Source: a virus. From it: a stretch of DNA of 34,249 nucleotides. Below are positions 14,108 through 22,213 of this stretch, piece after piece. Under the pieces are notes generated by a model. The model was given only the letters and a program-made list of their open reading frames with translations, was not told where the DNA came from and made no database searches. The position numbers and the translations under genes were made by a program. Where the stretch lies: positions 1 to 34,249 of IMG/VR virus record IMGVR_UViG_3300012954_000004; one strand, given 5' to 3'. Position 1 is the stretch's first letter; every line of letters starts with the position of its first letter.

Positions 14108-15112
14108 TTAGTGTATCGGCGTTACTATGGTAACATTTTTAAATTTACTCATACCGCAAGCGTGACCTTGATTTGTACAAGTTTGACAAATTCCCCCACA
14201 AATAAAAGTCTTTTGAAAACCTAAACTCTTGGCTTTTTGTCTTAGTTCTTTTTTATCTTCTTTGGTTAAATCCGTAGGCTTTACTTTTTTATCCATCGGC
14301 AACCCTATAAAATCCCCCCTTACAAAGTCATATTGAGATAAAACTTTTTTAAGGGGTTTATATATTGGGTGTACTCCAGAGCTAAGATTTAGCAGAAAGT
14401 TTTTAGGAATATTTACTGCTCCGTACTCATCAATAAAATTTTTGAAGAGATGTAAGCTCTTGCTATAAGCGTAAGCTCTAAGAGTTGGGAACTTATTTAA
14501 GATGTCAAACCAAGACAACATTTTATCTAAGCTTTGAAAATCTCCATCATTATATAGACGAAAATCTACTACTTGATCCTTATCTTCTCTTTTGTATATC
14601 TTCCTTCCTAAGTTCCATCTTAAAGAATCTTCTATAATTTCGAAAGCGTGGTTTTCTAATATGGTATTGGCAACCCATCGAGCCACAACATTGGGATTTC
14701 TTAAACTCTTAAACGAGTAGCAAAAACTTAAGCAGCTTCCTGCTCCTCCACAATTAACTTTTGGCATAGTTGAATAGTTTAAGAATTTTAGTTTTGCGTT
14801 ACCATCTGAAAAAATTGATATGTTGTTTATTTTACCTTTACCATCAAAAAGCTTATAAAGTTCTTCTTTAGGATTTGAAGAGTTTGCAGCTTTTAAAATT
14901 GGTAAAAGTTTATCTTGGTATATGTTTTGAGGGCTACCTAGATATTTCTTTTTTTTGTCAGGGTTTTTATTCCCTTTAAATTGGCTCATTGCGTTATGGT
15001 CAAACGGATTATTTACAAGCCAATTATTTATTATTTGAATTGAAGAGTTATAATCTTTAGCAACAGTAAGAGCTGCAAATTTTAAAACATCTTCTCTTTT
15101 TGTTAAGTTCAT
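14108..15112 (-). CDS. GP88-like Cys-cluster protein (function unknown), first gene of the leftward early operon
   Basis: NCGGAGSCLSFCYSF (C-x5-C-x3-C followed by Y), FRLYNDGDF, RAYAYSKS, and C-terminal CGGICQTCTNQGHAC. These agree with my memory of the phage GP88 family. ATG 15112 follows AACAAGGAATTACAAATA; the alternative ATG is 15139. Confidence 0.5.
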   Translation of the reverse strand: MNLTKREDVLKFAALTVAKDYNSSIQIINNWLVNNPFDHNAMSQFKGNKNPDKKKKYLGSPQNIYQDKLLPILKAANSSNPKEELYKLFDGKGKINNISIFSDGNAKLKFLNYSTMPKVNCGGAGSCLSFCYSFKSLRNPNVVARWVANTILENHAFEIIEDSLRWNLGRKIYKREDKDQVVDFRLYNDGDFQSLDKMLSWFDILNKFPTLRAYAYSKSLHLFKNFIDEYGAVNIPKNFLLNLSSGVHPIYKPLKKVLSQYDFVRGDFIGLPMDKKVKPTDLTKEDKKELRQKAKSLGFQKTFICGGICQTCTNQGHACGMSKFKNVTIVTPIH

Positions 15113-15139
15113 TATTTGTAATTCCTTGTTTATTCTCAT

Positions 15140-15544
15140 TACATTCGAATTTAAGCATAAATCTTTTATGGGTGTTAGCTTTTTTTACATTTTATGTAAT
15201 ATTTTTTTAAGGGGTATTATAGTATTAGCAACTAGCAACACCACGCCCCAATTTTTAAAACGACGAAGCAAAGCAGATTTTTTCTAGGGGGGTAGGGGCG
15301 TACTCGCTTATAATATGGAAGTCTATGAGTGATCCTTGCGAAAATGCGATTAACGACTAGCGTATAAATAGTAATAATTTAATACTAGTATATTAAGAAT
15401 CAAGAAAATAAAAAATTCCCGTAAACGACTAATAATACTAGAGTTGCAGAGATATTGCTGCACTAATTTTTTTGTGGTTTTTCACTAGATCACAAATCCT
15501 AAATTTTCGTGGTTTTTTATTGCATTTTACCAGTAAATTGTCCT
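15140..15544. promoter_or_regulatory. Main divergent control region between the leftward early and rightward operons (promoters/operators/possible origin)
   Basis: Longest non-coding stretch in the genome. It contains tandem TAGCAAC x2 (15226-15239), AACGAC x3, ACTAG x5, the GC-rich inverted repeat acgcccc/ggggcgt (15243-15249 / 15295-15301), TATAAT on + at 15309-15314, TATAAT on - at 15216-15221, and GTGGTTTTT x2 (15474, 15509). Confidence 0.6.
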
Positions 15545-15748
15545 ATGCCAAGATATGATTACAGATGTTTAGAGTGCGATAAAGTATTCGAAGTAGAGCA
15601 AAAAATGACTGAGGACGCATTAGAATTGTGTTTATGTGAAGATGAGAAGTTCCTCGTAAAGAGGATACCTCAAGTACCTAAATTGGTCATTAATGCTCCA
15701 GCATCTATGTCAGATAGCAAATTACGCAAAGAATTAGACATCGATTAG
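15545..15748 (+). CDS. FmdB-family zinc-ribbon protein
   Basis: MPRYDYRCLECDKVFEV is the signature N-terminus (P.Y.Y.C..C...FE), followed by a second Cys pair, CLC. Start moved from the GTG at 15509 to ATG 15545. Confidence 0.6.
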   Translation: MPRYDYRCLECDKVFEVEQKMTEDALELCLCEDEKFLVKRIPQVPKLVINAPASMSDSKLRKELDID

Positions 15749-15749
15749 C

Positions 15750-15902
15750 GTGTTTGACTACTGTTCTTTGATCGACAAGAAATGCTCGTTTGCTGCGAAG
15801 GAAAAGAGTATAACTTATTGTGGGTTACATACTGGATTAAAGATACAAAACAGAATTGAATACATTAAATCGTGTCCGAAAAATAAAATTAAAAGGAGAT
15901 AG
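15750..15902 (+). CDS. Possible 50-aa four-Cys protein with GTG start
   Basis: VFDYCSLIDKKCSFAAKEKSITYCGLHTGLKIQNRIEYIKSCPKNKIKRR-stop. The frame is open only from 15738, there is no ATG and no clear SD. Confidence 0.2.
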   Translation: MFDYCSLIDKKCSFAAKEKSITYCGLHTGLKIQNRIEYIKSCPKNKIKRR

Positions 15903-15904
15903 TT

Positions 15905-15970
15905 ATGCCGTATCATACTGGAAAGAAAAAAAATAAAAAGAAAAAGATGAAGAAAGGCAAGAAGAAGTAA
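15905..15970 (+). CDS. 21-aa poly-lysine micropeptide
   Basis: MPYHTGKKKNKKKKMKKGKKK-stop (12 Lys of 21). AAAAGGAG SD lies 6 nt upstream. Its TAA overlaps the next ATG. Confidence 0.4.
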   Translation: MPYHTGKKKNKKKKMKKGKKK

Positions 15971-16149
15971 TGGCTAAAAATTTAAAAGGTGTTAGTCTAA
16001 AAGGATTAAACAAAACACAGAAAAGACAGATGAGCAGACATAAAATTCATCACACCAAAGCACATTTACGATCTATGGCAGCAGCAATGAGAAAAGGTAA
16101 AACCTTTAAACAAGCACATACTGCAGCAATGCGTAAGGTTGGAAAATGA
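15970..16149 (+). CDS. 59-aa basic His/Lys/Arg-rich protein
   Basis: MAKNLKGVSLKGLNKTQKRQMSRHKIHHTKAHLRSMAAAMRKGKTFKQAHTAAMRKVGK-stop. One codon below the track cutoff. TAATG and ATGA coupling on both sides. Confidence 0.55.
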   Translation: MAKNLKGVSLKGLNKTQKRQMSRHKIHHTKAHLRSMAAAMRKGKTFKQAHTAAMRKVGK

Positions 16150-16274
16150 ATGTTACCGTATCATCAGCAAGAAACTTTATACCTAAGCGTCTTTATGGAA
16201 TGAAAAAGAAATCAGTAAAACAAAAATTGAAAGGCAATCCATTCAAGAGAAAATTTAAATACCTAAAGGGGTAA
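16146..16274 (+). CDS. 42-aa basic protein
   Basis: MNVTVSSARNFIPKRLYGMKKKSVKQKLKGNPFKRKFKYLKG-stop. ATGA overlap with the upstream gene. Confidence 0.45.
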   Translation: MNVTVSSARNFIPKRLYGMKKKSVKQKLKGNPFKRKFKYLKG

Positions 16275-16277
16275 ATT

Positions 16278-16493
16278 ATGTGGGAATTATTCAAAGACAA
16301 AAACGAATACAATGAAAAAAATATTATTGGCTTTTTATCCTTTGCGTTGATGTGTGTATTTGGCATCGTTGATTTAGTGATGGGTATAATTGGAATTGAG
16401 CTTTTAGTAAACGACTACATTTATAATTCATTTGTTTGGGTTACACTTGGCTCATTTGGAATTGCAGGAGCAGAAAAAGTTTACAAGAAATGA
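16278..16493 (+). CDS. Small two-TM membrane protein
   Basis: IIGFLSFALMCVFGIVDLVMGIIGI and FVWVTLGSFGIAG are hydrophobic spans. AAGGGG SD upstream. Confidence 0.55.
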   Translation: MWELFKDKNEYNEKNIIGFLSFALMCVFGIVDLVMGIIGIELLVNDYIYNSFVWVTLGSFGIAGAEKVYKK

Positions 16494-16633
16494 GAAAATC
16501 ATTATTTCAAGATCGCACTAGAAAATCGAACGGTGCAAAAAAAACTCGACAAGGTATGAGCCACAACACCAAGTTTGGAAATAAGCAATCTAAAAAACAC
16601 TATAAGAAGAAATATAGAGGACAAGGCAAATGA
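16490..16633 (+). CDS. 47-aa hyper-basic protein
   Basis: MRKSLFQDRTRKSNGAKKTRQGMSHNTKFGNKQSKKHYKKKYRGQGK-stop. ATGA overlaps at both ends. The track version starts at 16436, inside the previous gene. Confidence 0.5.
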   Translation: MRKSLFQDRTRKSNGAKKTRQGMSHNTKFGNKQSKKHYKKKYRGQGK

Positions 16634-17298
16634 GCAATCTTGAGCTAAAGAAAGCCAATCAAATGGCTGCTATTGATTTATTGATCCACAATCCAGAATT
16701 GTCTAAAAAAGAATTAGCAGAACATTTAAAGCTGGGAGAATCTACAATACATAACTGGTTTGCAGATGATAGATTTATTGATTTATACTATAAAAAATAT
16801 ATGGTTTCTTTCAACTCTAAGCTCCCAATGGTATTAGATAGTATGATAAGAGAGGCAGTTGAAGGTAATGTCCAGGCAGGGCGTCTAGTATTAGAACATT
16901 CAGGGAAACTTGTGAAAAACATTAATGTAACCGTAGATAGCCCATTCGAAAAGTTTTTGAAAGCAGAGCAGATAGACGCAGAAGATATTATAGACGCTGA
17001 AAGCGAAGAGATTAAAGAAAAGATAGAAACTCTTCCAGAAAGAAATAAGATAAATGACAAACCATTAAAGCGTAAGATAAGTGAAAGAAAAGCTATAGAA
17101 AGAATTAAAAAAGGCAAAAAGCCGTCGCAAAAAAAACTTAGAGAGGATAGAGCTAGTAGATATGCTTTATTGCAACGAGCTAAAAAGGTTGGATTAAAAC
17201 CATTGCCTTCTCGCCGTCCTACCAATAGTGAAAGAAGAAAGTGGTTAAAAAAATTAGAAGAATTAGAATCTAAGCAACGCCAAAATCTTCAGGCATAA
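16630..17298 (+). CDS. HTH protein, candidate small terminase subunit
   Basis: N-terminal HTH (LSKKELAEHLKLGESTIHNWF), a central helical region (MIREAVEGNVQAGRLVLEHSGK) and a Lys/Arg-rich tail. No other TerS candidate is present. It is not adjacent in orientation to terL. Confidence 0.4.
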   Translation: MSNLELKKANQMAAIDLLIHNPELSKKELAEHLKLGESTIHNWFADDRFIDLYYKKYMVSFNSKLPMVLDSMIREAVEGNVQAGRLVLEHSGKLVKNINVTVDSPFEKFLKAEQIDAEDIIDAESEEIKEKIETLPERNKINDKPLKRKISERKAIERIKKGKKPSQKKLREDRASRYALLQRAKKVGLKPLPSRRPTNSERRKWLKKLEELESKQRQNLQA

Positions 17299-17488
17299 TA
17301 TCATACTTTTCACATAGTTCTGACATTTCCATTGATATATAAGATATGTCGCTTTTGTCTATTTCTTTTGTTGATGTTTTATTTGGTGCTATTTTCATAC
17401 ATAAAAACCCTAGTAGTTCGTTATTAGCTTCAGATATTTCTCTAAGCTCTAAAACCATTAAATATAATTTCTGTATTAGATCTTTCAT
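17270..17488 (-). CDS. Hypothetical protein (72 aa), last gene of the inverted packaging module
   Basis: TAATG overlap with the upstream gene. Its 3' end overlaps the convergent TerS-like gene by 29 nt. Confidence 0.45.
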   Translation of the reverse strand: MKDLIQKLYLMVLELREISEANNELLGFLCMKIAPNKTSTKEIDKSDISYISMEMSELCEKYDIMPEDFGVA

Positions 17489-18036
17489 TATTTAAGTTTA
17501 CGCATACTTGTAGAAAGATTCCTTATAAATTCTTCAAAAAACTCATCTACTTCTTTATCAATGTGCTTTTCCATCTTCTCAAATGCTTCTTCATCAGATG
17601 TGAAAAAGAATTTTCTTTGTGGTATAGTAGAAAAATCTCCTCTATATCCCTTATATACAGACTTACCTCTTACCACTCCTGATACATTATCTTCTAAATG
17701 TTTTTCATACCTACCTAAAGGCGTTCCTACAACAGACTCTAAAAGCTGCTGACTTGTATGCGAATCAATACTTCTTTTCAATCTTCCAGTATCTGTCATA
17801 ATTTGATTTGATTTAATTTTATTTTGATTAAACTTATGCTTCATATTTAAATATCCAGAGGTTGATGGTGCAAATTTTTTACCATCTATATCTTTTTGCA
17901 ATTTAAATGTTTTCTTTACTTTGGCTTTTGCTGATTTTGCTAAATTGTCTAAGCTTTTAGCTAGGTTTGTTTTAAAAGCAGCTCCAGTAACTTTATGAAA
18001 GTTAAAATTAATCAGCGTTTCTATTTTCAGCTTCAT
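17488..18036 (-). CDS. Virion morphogenesis protein, Mu gpG-like
   Basis: DIDGKKFAPSTSGYLNMKHK, IMTDTGRLKRSI, VVGTPLGRYEKH and IPQRKFFFTSDEE parallel the Mu G family blocks (dG.pWaPLs..t...K / L..sG.L..Si / vGtn..Ya / iPaRpFlg). GGAG SD upstream. Confidence 0.55.
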   Translation of the reverse strand: MKLKIETLINFNFHKVTGAAFKTNLAKSLDNLAKSAKAKVKKTFKLQKDIDGKKFAPSTSGYLNMKHKFNQNKIKSNQIMTDTGRLKRSIDSHTSQQLLESVVGTPLGRYEKHLEDNVSGVVRGKSVYKGYRGDFSTIPQRKFFFTSDEEAFEKMEKHIDKEVDEFFEEFIRNLSTSMRKLK

Positions 18037-19342
18037 CGACTATCTCCAATTCATTTTTAGATTTATTAGCTTCTATGATTTGTTCTGCGTCAGCAATACT
18101 TAAATCTTTGTTTTCATCTGCTAATAATTGTGCTTGAGTAGTTAAGTTATGTTTTAATTTATATTCGTTCAACATAATCTTATCTTGAGTAGTCATTGGA
18201 TATTCGACTTCAGAGAAGTCTACTTTAAATTGAGAAACTTCTGGTAATCCCAAATTATTGGTTTGAGATAAAGCATATTCTACTTTATAAAAATCTTTTT
18301 CGTATTGACGATATAGTTCTTTGTCATCAATAAAATCTTCGTGGCGTTCCAAGTCTTTAATCATTAGAGAAATACCACTTGGTACTTCTCCACCTGATTG
18401 TGCGAAAGTAACAAATAAGTGATTATTCAACGCTACTAATTCTATTTGCCATTTAATATTTTCAATAACATCTCTTACATTTCCTTCTGGAGATACAATA
18501 TTATAATTACTTCCCTCTGGTAAAGTTAAAATTTCGTCTGATCCTGCTCTTACATTTGCGTTATCAGAAATTAATCCAGTAACTACTGGTTGCCCAAACA
18601 TTTGGAATCTCAAACCTAATTGCATCTCAGTCATAGTAATATTGATATGTTCATTTGCAGATACTAAATCAGAAGCACCTTCAACAAAGAAAGAATCTAA
18701 TTGTTCTTCTCTGTGTGTAAATACAAAAGGCAAAATACCTAAATTGTGCTGTACTTCTTCTAAAATATTGCCATTTTCATCAAATTTGATATGAGTGTCT
18801 TTATCCCAATAAGCATACATCAATTCATCAGTATCTGATAAATCTGCGTGTCCGTGCATCATAGGATATACAATAGATTCTGGCTTGTATGGATTATCTC
18901 CAAAATACGGCTCAAAATAATAAATAGGACGATATTCAAATCTTTGTTCTTCTTCATCATACATTACATAAGTTGCACAAGTACCAAGCAAGCGAGTCAT
19001 TCTTTCCATTTGCTTCATACGAGCATTCTTTACTGATGACAGCTCTAAATACTTTTCATTTACATTTCTCTTTGCCCCAATCGTGTAAATTTTTGACATA
19101 CGATTTACGAATTTTTTCACGATGTTGGTATTGTAGTGAGGAATTTCTTGGAATGCGTCAGATTTGAAATAATCTTCAATGTATTGATCGGTTAATGAGC
19201 CAGAATAATAATCTAAAAACTTTCTTACTTCTGCTCTACGAGCTTTTGCTTGTTCTTCTTTAAAATGTGTTAATGAATCTTGTATAATTTCTCTAGCTGT
19301 TAAAACCATTAAAGTATTCCTTTTATCGTGATATTCTTCCAA
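18008..19342 (-). CDS. Portal protein
   Basis: 444 aa, immediately downstream of terL with a 20-nt overlap. It has an N-terminal FLDYYSG motif and an acidic C-terminal tail. Assignment rests on size and position. Confidence 0.7.
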   Translation of the reverse strand: MEEYHDKRNTLMVLTAREIIQDSLTHFKEEQAKARRAEVRKFLDYYSGSLTDQYIEDYFKSDAFQEIPHYNTNIVKKFVNRMSKIYTIGAKRNVNEKYLELSSVKNARMKQMERMTRLLGTCATYVMYDEEEQRFEYRPIYYFEPYFGDNPYKPESIVYPMMHGHADLSDTDELMYAYWDKDTHIKFDENGNILEEVQHNLGILPFVFTHREEQLDSFFVEGASDLVSANEHINITMTEMQLGLRFQMFGQPVVTGLISDNANVRAGSDEILTLPEGSNYNIVSPEGNVRDVIENIKWQIELVALNNHLFVTFAQSGGEVPSGISLMIKDLERHEDFIDDKELYRQYEKDFYKVEYALSQTNNLGLPEVSQFKVDFSEVEYPMTTQDKIMLNEYKLKHNLTTQAQLLADENKDLSIADAEQIIEANKSKNELEIVDEAENRNAD

Positions 19343-20654
19343 TGAAATTACTTCTAATTGGGAATCTATTCAATATAAAATATCTAAAAGCATCGCAACC
19401 GTGTTCATAATATCCGTCCTTGATAGGATTATTAGAAATTGATTTGCCTTCCACGGCTTCTGGAAATCTATATCCTTCGAAATCCTCTGCAATACCTACG
19501 CACTTTTTATCTACTTTTATCCTTCTTAAACCATCTGCATTTTCAAAAAATCCACGACAATAACTTACACCAGATTGTATGTCGCGAGATAGTCTATCCA
19601 TTCTGTACTCCACATAAATTCCGTGCTTACGCAAAATATGTATATCTCCCATTCCAGATTGTCCTTGTACAAAACTACCTGCAGGATCGCCGTAATAGGT
19701 AATAACTGGATAGTTTTTCTTTTTTATCATTTCTGCTAATTTGTCGGTTGATATGTTTCTTTCGTGAATTATCTCATCAATAATATTAATGTGCCAATTA
19801 CCGTCTTGCTGAAATGTTTGAAACCATAGAACAGATGGCATTCTAAATCCAAAGTCCATAGAACAATATGTAGGAAGGTTTTCTTGATAAGGCACAACGC
19901 CCATATCTTTTTCTCTATCAAATGGATATACTCTTCCTTCCATTGAGGTAAACTTTGCAGCAAACTCTTGGTCGAATAATTCTTTGGACATATTTCTTTT
20001 TCTTTCTTGAATGAAAGAATCTTTTTTTCCTTCTGGAAACGCATATTGATTTTCCCAACTAGGAGATTGATGCGAATACCATTGAGGATCAGTTTGACCT
20101 AATAAAAACAAATCATATATCCAATTAAATCCTTCTGGGGTAGTAATAAAAATAGCTTTACCTTTTCTATCTACAAGCGTAGGAGATAAATACATATCCC
20201 ATATCCTTCTTGGCATTTTTGCTGCCTCGTCTATAATTAACAAATCTACACCTTCTCCGACCAAAGAGTCTGGATTCTCGCAAGACATTCCCTCCACAGT
20301 AGTTCCCCATTTGAATTTTATATACTGTTCTTTTTCTGATGCTCTGTCAATATCGCTTGCTTTACCTGCAACCATATCTTTCCAGATTTCTCTAAACATT
20401 AATCGTGATTTTTTATACGATAATCCTACTAGCCATATTTTTTTATTAGGTTGTGCTGCGTAAAATTCAGCTTCTCGAAATGCTGCAGTAGTTTTACCAT
20501 ATCTTCTACCACAGATATTTACAAAATAAGATGCGTCAGGTTTATCAGGAAAATGTAATTTTCTTTGCCCTTCGTGTGGTTGATATTCCATATAATCAAA
20601 CCATTTTTGCTTGAAATCAAACTCTTTTATTTTCTTCGACATTCTAATTGTCAT
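19323..20654 (-). CDS. terL: Terminase large subunit
   Basis: Walker A-like CGRRYGKTT, Walker B LLIIDEAA, coupling motif ITTPEG, and C-terminal nuclease-type acidic blocks (MDFGF, GDPAG, GCDAFRY). Confidence 0.9.
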   Translation of the reverse strand: MTIRMSKKIKEFDFKQKWFDYMEYQPHEGQRKLHFPDKPDASYFVNICGRRYGKTTAAFREAEFYAAQPNKKIWLVGLSYKKSRLMFREIWKDMVAGKASDIDRASEKEQYIKFKWGTTVEGMSCENPDSLVGEGVDLLIIDEAAKMPRRIWDMYLSPTLVDRKGKAIFITTPEGFNWIYDLFLLGQTDPQWYSHQSPSWENQYAFPEGKKDSFIQERKRNMSKELFDQEFAAKFTSMEGRVYPFDREKDMGVVPYQENLPTYCSMDFGFRMPSVLWFQTFQQDGNWHINIIDEIIHERNISTDKLAEMIKKKNYPVITYYGDPAGSFVQGQSGMGDIHILRKHGIYVEYRMDRLSRDIQSGVSYCRGFFENADGLRRIKVDKKCVGIAEDFEGYRFPEAVEGKSISNNPIKDGYYEHGCDAFRYFILNRFPIRSNFIGRISR

Positions 20655-20662
20655 TAATTTAA

Positions 20663-20692
20663 TTCATAATTAACTTAATACCATAATATAAT
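20663..20692 (+). promoter_or_regulatory. Candidate sigma70-type late promoter for scaffold/capsid genes in the 55-bp divergent gap
   Basis: TTCATA (20663-20668), an 18-nt spacer, then TATAAT (20687-20692). The SD AAGGAG begins about 7 nt downstream, so the leader would be very short. Confidence 0.3.
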
Positions 20693-20709
20693 CCACTTAA
20701 GGAGTAAAA

Positions 20710-21261
20710 ATGTCTGAAGAAACACAGAATACAGCTGTAGAGGAAGCTGTAAAAGATCCTCAAGTCAGTCAAGACGAAAAAAAGACAGAACAAGCTGTTC
20801 CTTATTATCGTTTTCAGGAGCTAGTTAAAGAACGAAATGACTTAAAAAGCAAAGTAGATCAAATAGCAACTGCACAGGAAGAACAGCGTAAAAAGACTTT
20901 AGAAGAGCAAGGAGAATACAAAGCTCTCTTAGTTGAAGAACAAAATAAGAATAAAGATTTACAATCTAAATTTAACGAGATTAATGAATCTTTTTCCAAT
21001 TATGTGAATCAAGAAAGAGATTCTCTTCTAAATAAAATTCCTGAAACGAAAAGAGAAAAATTTAAGAAGGTAGATGATTTATCTCTTTTGCGTGACATAG
21101 CATCAGAATTTGATTCAAAGTCTGGTGTTAATGTAGGACAAGTTGAAAATCAAGTGTCTGTTAGTAAGTTTAAAGGAAATCCTTTTAACGAATTAACTGA
21201 TCAAAAAAGTCGTAGAGGAACGCATAAAGACTTGATAAGTCATTACCTTAAAAAAAAATAA
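20710..21261 (+). CDS. Scaffolding protein
   Basis: 183 aa, acidic, Glu/Lys/Gln-rich coiled coil, directly upstream of the capsid gene. AAGGAG SD upstream. Confidence 0.65.
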   Translation: MSEETQNTAVEEAVKDPQVSQDEKKTEQAVPYYRFQELVKERNDLKSKVDQIATAQEEQRKKTLEEQGEYKALLVEEQNKNKDLQSKFNEINESFSNYVNQERDSLLNKIPETKREKFKKVDDLSLLRDIASEFDSKSGVNVGQVENQVSVSKFKGNPFNELTDQKSRRGTHKDLISHYLKKK

Positions 21262-21285
21262 TCATTTTTAAGGAGAGTAAATAAA

Positions 21286-22158
21286 ATGGCTAATGTAACA
21301 AAAACAACAGCTGCTAATTTTATACCAGAGATGTGGAGAGATGCTATTCTTGATTATGCTGAAAGAAAATTTCAGTTAAGAAATCAAGTATCAGACTTTT
21401 CATCTATGTTATCAAGTGGTGGCGACATTCTTAACATTCCAAAAGTTAAGGAAGAAACAGCAGCAGAAAAACAAGCTGGACAAAGTAATCCAGTAGCATA
21501 TTCTGCACAAACTGACGGAGTAGTTCAGTTAAATGTAGATCAGCACTTCTACGAAGCTAAGAGAATCGAGGACATCGTAAGAGTTCAAGAATCTGCCGAT
21601 TTATTCAATGCTTACGCACAATCAATGGGTTATGCTTTAGCAAAGAAAGTAGAAAGCTATATTGCTGGTGTAATCAAAGGAGCTTCTGCTAATAATGTAG
21701 GACTAGGTACAGACGACACAATGACGACTGCCCTATTCAGAGATGGTTTAGAAAAACTTCTAGACGGTGGACACGATTACGCAGACGGATCTTTCTATAT
21801 GTATGCTTCCCCTAAGTCATATATGTCTATGCTTAGTTTAGGAGAGTTTACTGAAGCTCAAAAAAGAGGAGATGAACAAAATCCTTTAGCTACTGGTAGA
21901 ATTATTTCTGCTTATGGCTTACCTCTGTATGCAAGTACAGACTGGAGTGAGGGTGGTACTTCAACTACACAAACTGCATCTATCTTTAGTAGAGATTCAG
22001 TTTACTTTGCACAACAAATTGCACCAAGAGTTCAAAGTGCTTATGACATTGATCACTTGGCTACATCTGTTGTAGCTGATGTATTATTTGGAGCTGTGTT
22101 AGCACAAGCTGCAGGTAACGCAGATGCTGGAATTGTTAATTTCGTAAATGTAGACTAA
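21286..22158 (+). CDS. Major capsid protein
   Basis: 290 aa after the scaffold gene, with an AAGGAGAG SD and a stable stem-loop downstream. Its N-terminus MANVTKTTAANFIPEMW is typical of phage major capsid proteins. No protease gene is nearby. Confidence 0.75.
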   Translation: MANVTKTTAANFIPEMWRDAILDYAERKFQLRNQVSDFSSMLSSGGDILNIPKVKEETAAEKQAGQSNPVAYSAQTDGVVQLNVDQHFYEAKRIEDIVRVQESADLFNAYAQSMGYALAKKVESYIAGVIKGASANNVGLGTDDTMTTALFRDGLEKLLDGGHDYADGSFYMYASPKSYMSMLSLGEFTEAQKRGDEQNPLATGRIISAYGLPLYASTDWSEGGTSTTQTASIFSRDSVYFAQQIAPRVQSAYDIDHLATSVVADVLFGAVLAQAAGNADAGIVNFVNVD

Positions 22159-22167
22159 TAGTTTATT

Positions 22168-22189
22168 GGGGAGTTGAAATACACTCCCC
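22168..22189 (+). other. Stem-loop just after the capsid gene (transcript-stabilising or attenuating hairpin; no U-tract)
   Basis: ggggagt (22168-22174) pairs with actcccc (22183-22189) around an 8-nt loop. It is followed by taaactaaaagg. Confidence 0.5.
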
Positions 22190-22213
22190 TAAACTAAAAG
22201 GAGATAGATTAAT

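Noticed and set aside
14108-15112. Radical SAM enzyme, considered because of CGGICQTC (CX3CX2C)
   Set aside because: The motif is at the extreme C-terminus. I see no glycine-rich SAM-binding motif or TIM-barrel-like pattern. The overall blocks fit the GP88-like family better.
15226-15239. CRISPR-like or tandem array
   Set aside because: There are only two 7-bp units. No repeat-spacer periodicity occurs anywhere in the window.
15509-16489. Longer track starts: 15509 for the FmdB-like gene and 16436 for the 47-aa basic protein
   Set aside because: 15509 is a GTG inside the GTGGTTTTT repeat, and the FmdB signature starts at MPRYDY (ATG 15545). 16436 lies inside the membrane-protein gene, whereas ATG 16490 forms an ATGA overlap.
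4262-20044. Other opposite-strand or embedded track ORFs: 4262-4561, 6802-7011, 8169-8372, 9711-9911, 10267-10479, 10406-10733, 12448-12642, 13885-14133, 16788-17225, 17561-17752, 18848-19167, 19439-19702, 19769-20044
   Set aside because: Each lies wholly within a better-supported gene on the other strand or in another frame. They lack SD sequences and have odd, low-complexity composition.
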